Translations under genes and position numbers: made by a program
The notes under the pieces: model-generated
Seen by the model: the letters and a program-made list of their open reading frames with translations, nothing else
What the model was told of the DNA's origin: nothing
The model's database searches: none
IMG/VR virus record: IMGVR_UViG_3300045988_066369
Coordinates: 88,892-152,891 of that record
Direction: 5' to 3' (one strand)
Length of the DNA: 64,000 bases
Source of the DNA: a virus
In this document: in pieces, positions 60,500 to 64,000 of the stretch
Layout: each line of letters starts with the position of its first letter
How positions within the stretch are numbered: the first letter of the stretch is position 1

Positions 60500-62317
60500 A
60501 TGGCAGCAATCAAATCTATAAAGGTTGGGGAAACCACATACGATTTAAAAGCTACTTACGATGGTGCTGGAAATGTTATAGATACGACATATGCCAAGGC
60601 TAATGCAATTCCAACTAAAACTTCTTAGTTACAGAATGATAGTGGATATTTAACTGAGCATTAGGATATTAGTGAATTAGCTACTAAGGGTGAGCTTGAA
60701 GGCAAAGTAGATAAGGAGTTAGGAAAGGGACTTTCTGAAGCCAATTATACTGAAACTGAGAAGGAAAAGTTAAGTACTATAGCTAATAATGCTAATAATT
60801 ATGTACATCCAACTACTTCTGGAAATAAACATATTCCATCTGGAGGAGCGTCTGGATAGATGCTAGTTTTCTCAGCAGATGGTACTGCTGAATGGGCAGA
60901 TTCAAGTTCTAAGCTAGAAGAGCAATTTACAGCGCTAAATGAGGCTTGGGAAGAATTGTAGAAGGCACAACAAAAGCTTGATAAGTAGATTACTGAGCTA
61001 AATAGTAATATGGATTTATATTCCTATGGAGTAGAATGGGATGTTACAGTAGCATCTCCGGAACTTACTAGAATAGGTAATCCTTTGCTGCATAAATCTC
61101 TTCCTATTCAATCAGCGTATAGAGGTTGTGTAGCAAACAATGATGTAGTAAATTACTATCTGTTTCCAGATGACTGGTCTTATAAAGAAGACGGAGAAAC
61201 TCCATCTGTCTTAGATGGAACTGATGGAACAGTAAGAGTTAATACTCCTAAATTTTATGGAAAATCTGGCAGCGATGGAAACAAAAGATGGGTTAGAACT
61301 TCTACTGTCAAAATTGATGATTCATGGGTAGAAATTCCTGAACTATTAATAGATGCATACAGAAGTACAGTTGATACCACAGTCTCCGCAACTCCAAAAG
61401 CTGTATCAGTAGTTAATACTACTACTGCATTTAGAGGTGGAGGAAATAGAGCTAACTACGATGATTATCTAACTACAGAATTAGAAACTAAGGATATATT
61501 CAGAAGTGATTTAGGAAAGCCTAGAACTAATATTTCTAGAGCTACTATGAGAACATATGCAACAAATGCTGGTTCAGAATTGCTATGCTATGAATATTAC
61601 AAATGGATATTCTACTGGAATTATGTCATTGAATATGCTAATTTTAATTCTTAGGCTGCATATAATGCAGAGTTAACTGCGGATGGATATCATCAAGGGG
61701 GTTTGGGACCTGGAGTTACAGATTGGGCTAACACAGCTACAAGTTGGTCAGGATATAATGCAACATATCCACTTACGCCTTGTGGTTACTGCAATGAATT
61801 TGGTAACTTCACTGGAGTAAAAGATTTAGTTATTCCAGAATGTACAGCTCAAGATGGCACAAATACAGTAGCAACTCATACATTTAAAGTACCTCGCTGG
61901 AGAGGGTTCGATAATCCGTTTGGAGACATTTGGACTAACCTGGACGGAGTAGTTATAGTGAGAGCAGCTGCTAATGAGATTAGCACTGTCTATACAACTA
62001 CTAACGTATCGGAATTTACCGACGTAGTTGGAGAGAAAACCGTTGCAGGATACGAAGTAGCATCTGATGGTTATATTAAGGCATTTGACTTAGGTGAAAC
62101 CGCTGAAATAATTCCATCCGCTGTTGGAGGAAGTGCTACTACTTATATTTGCGATTACCATTACTGCAACGCAAGCAGCACAGCGCTTCGCACGCTGCTG
62201 GTGGGCTGCCGCGCGAGTAGTGGCGGCGCTGCGGGTCTCGGCTCTTTCTATTCTAACTATGGCGTCGGCGGTGCCGCTTCCGATGTCGGGTTCAGGACTC
62301 TGAATAGAGTATCTTAA
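60500..62317 (+). CDS. DGR target: tail-fibre-like receptor-binding protein, 606 codons with at least 6 in-frame TAG, C-terminal variable region
   Basis: Continuous frame-2 reading from ATG 60500 through track ORFs 61010..61654 and 61703..62317; fibre-like motif HIPSGGASG(Q)MLVFSADGTAEW; C-terminus encoded by GC-rich VR. Confidence 0.7.
62194..62293 (+). repeat. DGR variable repeat (VR) at 3' end of target gene
   Basis: 100-nt GC-rich segment; base-by-base alignment to TR (offset +201) shows 24 mismatches, all at TR adenines. Confidence 0.85.
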
Positions 62318-62394
62318 GATATACAATATAAAAATCGATTTAGATGATAAATCGTAGGATATTACTTCTAAAAACCGTTGATTGGCAAAAAAGT

Positions 62395-62494
62395 ACTGCT
62401 AGTAGGCAGCAACGCGAATAATGGCAGCAATGCAGGTCTCAGCTATTTCAATTCTAACAATGACGTCAGCAATGCCAATTCCAATGTCGAGTTA
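62395..62494 (+). repeat. DGR template repeat (TR), non-coding, AAT/AAC-rich
   Basis: 31 adenines of which 24 are substituted in VR (16 A->G, 5 A->C, 3 A->T); zero non-A mismatches. Confidence 0.85.
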
Positions 62495-62634
62495 TTATAT
62501 ATTTAGAAACATTTTATTATTTTTTTTTAGTTTGCTAAGTAATATCCTTGCCTCTAGGCAAAAGATAACATAGTGTTGAATGAAGGGTGTTAGTAGGTTA
62601 ACTCTCGAACGCTTCCGATGAAATATATAAAAAA

Positions 62635-63846
62635 TTGAAACGTGTAGGATATTTGCACGAGAAAGTATACGCTGAAGATAACATCGAACTAGCTGACGAT
62701 AAAGCTAGAAGAAATAAGTCTATTAGATGTGGAATCAAGCAGCATGATAAGAATAGATTAAAAGAAAATAAGGAATTATCCGATAAGTTAAGGGATTTGA
62801 TTTATCAAACCTCTGAATATAGTACCTTTATAATATACGAACCTAAAGAAAGATTAATCTTTAGACTTCCATACTATCCAGATAGAATAACTCACCATGC
62901 TATAATGAATATTATGGAGCCTATTTGGACTAGTATATTTATAGACCAAACATATTCCTCTATACGAAATAGAGGTATTCATAAAGTAGAGTATGATTTG
63001 TTCAAGGTGTTATAGAAACATCCAGAAGAAACAAAGTATTGCTTGAAAATGGATATAAAAAAATTCTATCCTTCTATAACTCACGACATTTTATACGAAA
63101 TGTTATAGAGAAAGATAAAGGATAAAAAACTATTAAAACTGTTGAAAGAAATAATTTATTCAGCGAAGGGAGTTCCTATTGGAAATTATCTATCACAATT
63201 CTTTGCAAATTTATATCTGACATATTTTGACCACTGGGTAAAAGAGGAGTTAAAATGTAAGTACTACTTTCGATATGCTGACGATATTGTGATTCTTGGT
63301 AATGACAAGAATTATTTGAGAAATGTATTAGTATCTATAAAACTATATCTGAAACAGGTTCTTAACCTAGAGTTGAAGCCTAATTATCAAATATTCCCTG
63401 TAGAAAGCAGAGGTATTGATTTCGTAGGCTATAAATTCTATCATACTCATGTTCTACTGAGAAAATCTATAAAAATGAGGATGTTTAGGCTTATAAATCT
63501 ATATAAATAGAATAAGATTGATAAAGATGAATTGAATAGAAGAATGAGGTCTTATTTTGGATGGATGAAATTTTGCAACTCTAAGAACTTGCTGAGAAAG
63601 GTAGAGGAGTTAACTGGATTGAAATTCTCTAACTGGAATGGAAAAGAAGTTAACATATCTAAGTTTTATAATAAATATATTCACATTGTAGAGGTTGTTG
63701 ATTATGACAATCATTTTCGAGTGCATTTCATGTATAACAATAAACCCTACTATTTTAAAAGTAAGAATAGGAGATTACACTATTCTTTGCTTAGATACAA
63801 ATTTCCTATAAATTTTAAAATAACACCTTATGTTAGAGCCGAATAG
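62635..63846 (+). CDS. DGR reverse transcriptase (3 in-frame TAG)
   Basis: Track ORFs 62635..63015, 63142..63510, 63532..63846 share one frame and are joined through TAGs; motifs LKMDIKKFYPSI, GVPIGNYLSQFFANLYL (DGR-type I/LGxxxSQ), YADDIVILG (YxDD). Confidence 0.8.
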
Positions 63847-63853
63847 AATACAA

Positions 63854-64000
63854 ATGGACGTTTATCCTTAGACAATCCAAAAACTTGGGAACGGTACTTA
63901 TTACTATAACTATGATATAAAAGAAATTAGTGTTAAAGTATCTGATTTAGATAATACCGTAAAAGAAAAAACTTACTATAGTTTTATATAGGTATTAATA
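63854..64000 (+). CDS. hypothetical protein, partial (continues past window end), in-frame TAGs
   Basis: MDVYP(TAG)TIQKLGNGTYYYNYDIKEISVKVSDLDNTVKEKTYYSFI(TAG)VLI... Confidence 0.35.

Noticed and set aside
62090-62326. Minus-strand ORF 62090..62326 (78 aa, Arg/Ala-rich)
   Set aside because: Antisense to the GC-rich DGR variable repeat. The composition is an artefact of that island.

Overview
This 64 kb window is AT-rich phage DNA with the organisation of a crAss-like (Crassvirales-type) Bacteroidales phage.

Positions 1-44,000 are almost entirely minus-strand genes. They include a DnaB/RecA-fold ATPase, an SF2 helicase, RNase H, AAA/P-loop ATPases, a glucosaminidase, three HNH homing endonucleases and a radical-SAM enzyme. 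Accessory genes include an adjacent Prs-like plus NAMPT-like NAD+ module, an OmpA-like secreted protein, a flotillin/NfeD (YqiK/YqiJ-like) pair, and small lipoproteins and membrane proteins. About 27 tRNA or tRNA-like genes are interspersed with these. A 1.3 kb mostly non-coding island holds a tRNA with a UUA (ochre-reading) anticodon.

From about 44,000 the genome switches to the plus strand at a divergent AT-rich promoter region. The plus-strand block opens with a small TAG-containing ORF and a tRNA-Gln-derived amber suppressor tRNA(CUA). It continues with a PD-(D/E)XK nuclease, a GroES-like protein, terminase large subunit, portal and large structural or tail proteins.

All of these late genes, and a few minus-strand genes, are riddled with in-frame TAG codons, while TAA and TGA terminate them. 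The evidence for this was read directly from the sequence. Two early genes use TAG as a stop, which would make the recoding temporally gated.

The window ends with a complete diversity-generating retroelement (DGR). A 606-codon tail-fibre-like target gene carries a GC-rich C-terminal variable repeat (VR). Exactly 201 bp downstream lies a cognate template repeat (TR) that differs from VR only at TR adenines (24 of 24 mismatches). It is followed by a TAG-recoded reverse transcriptase (RT) with DGR-type motifs (IGNYLSQ, YADD).

The two main discoveries are the recoding system, with its switch tRNA placed at the head of the late operon, and the DGR targeting a receptor-binding protein. Secondary discoveries are a tRNA-His-like gene split by a mobile tRNA+HNH insertion, atypical tRNAs, and the NAD+ reconstitution-like module.
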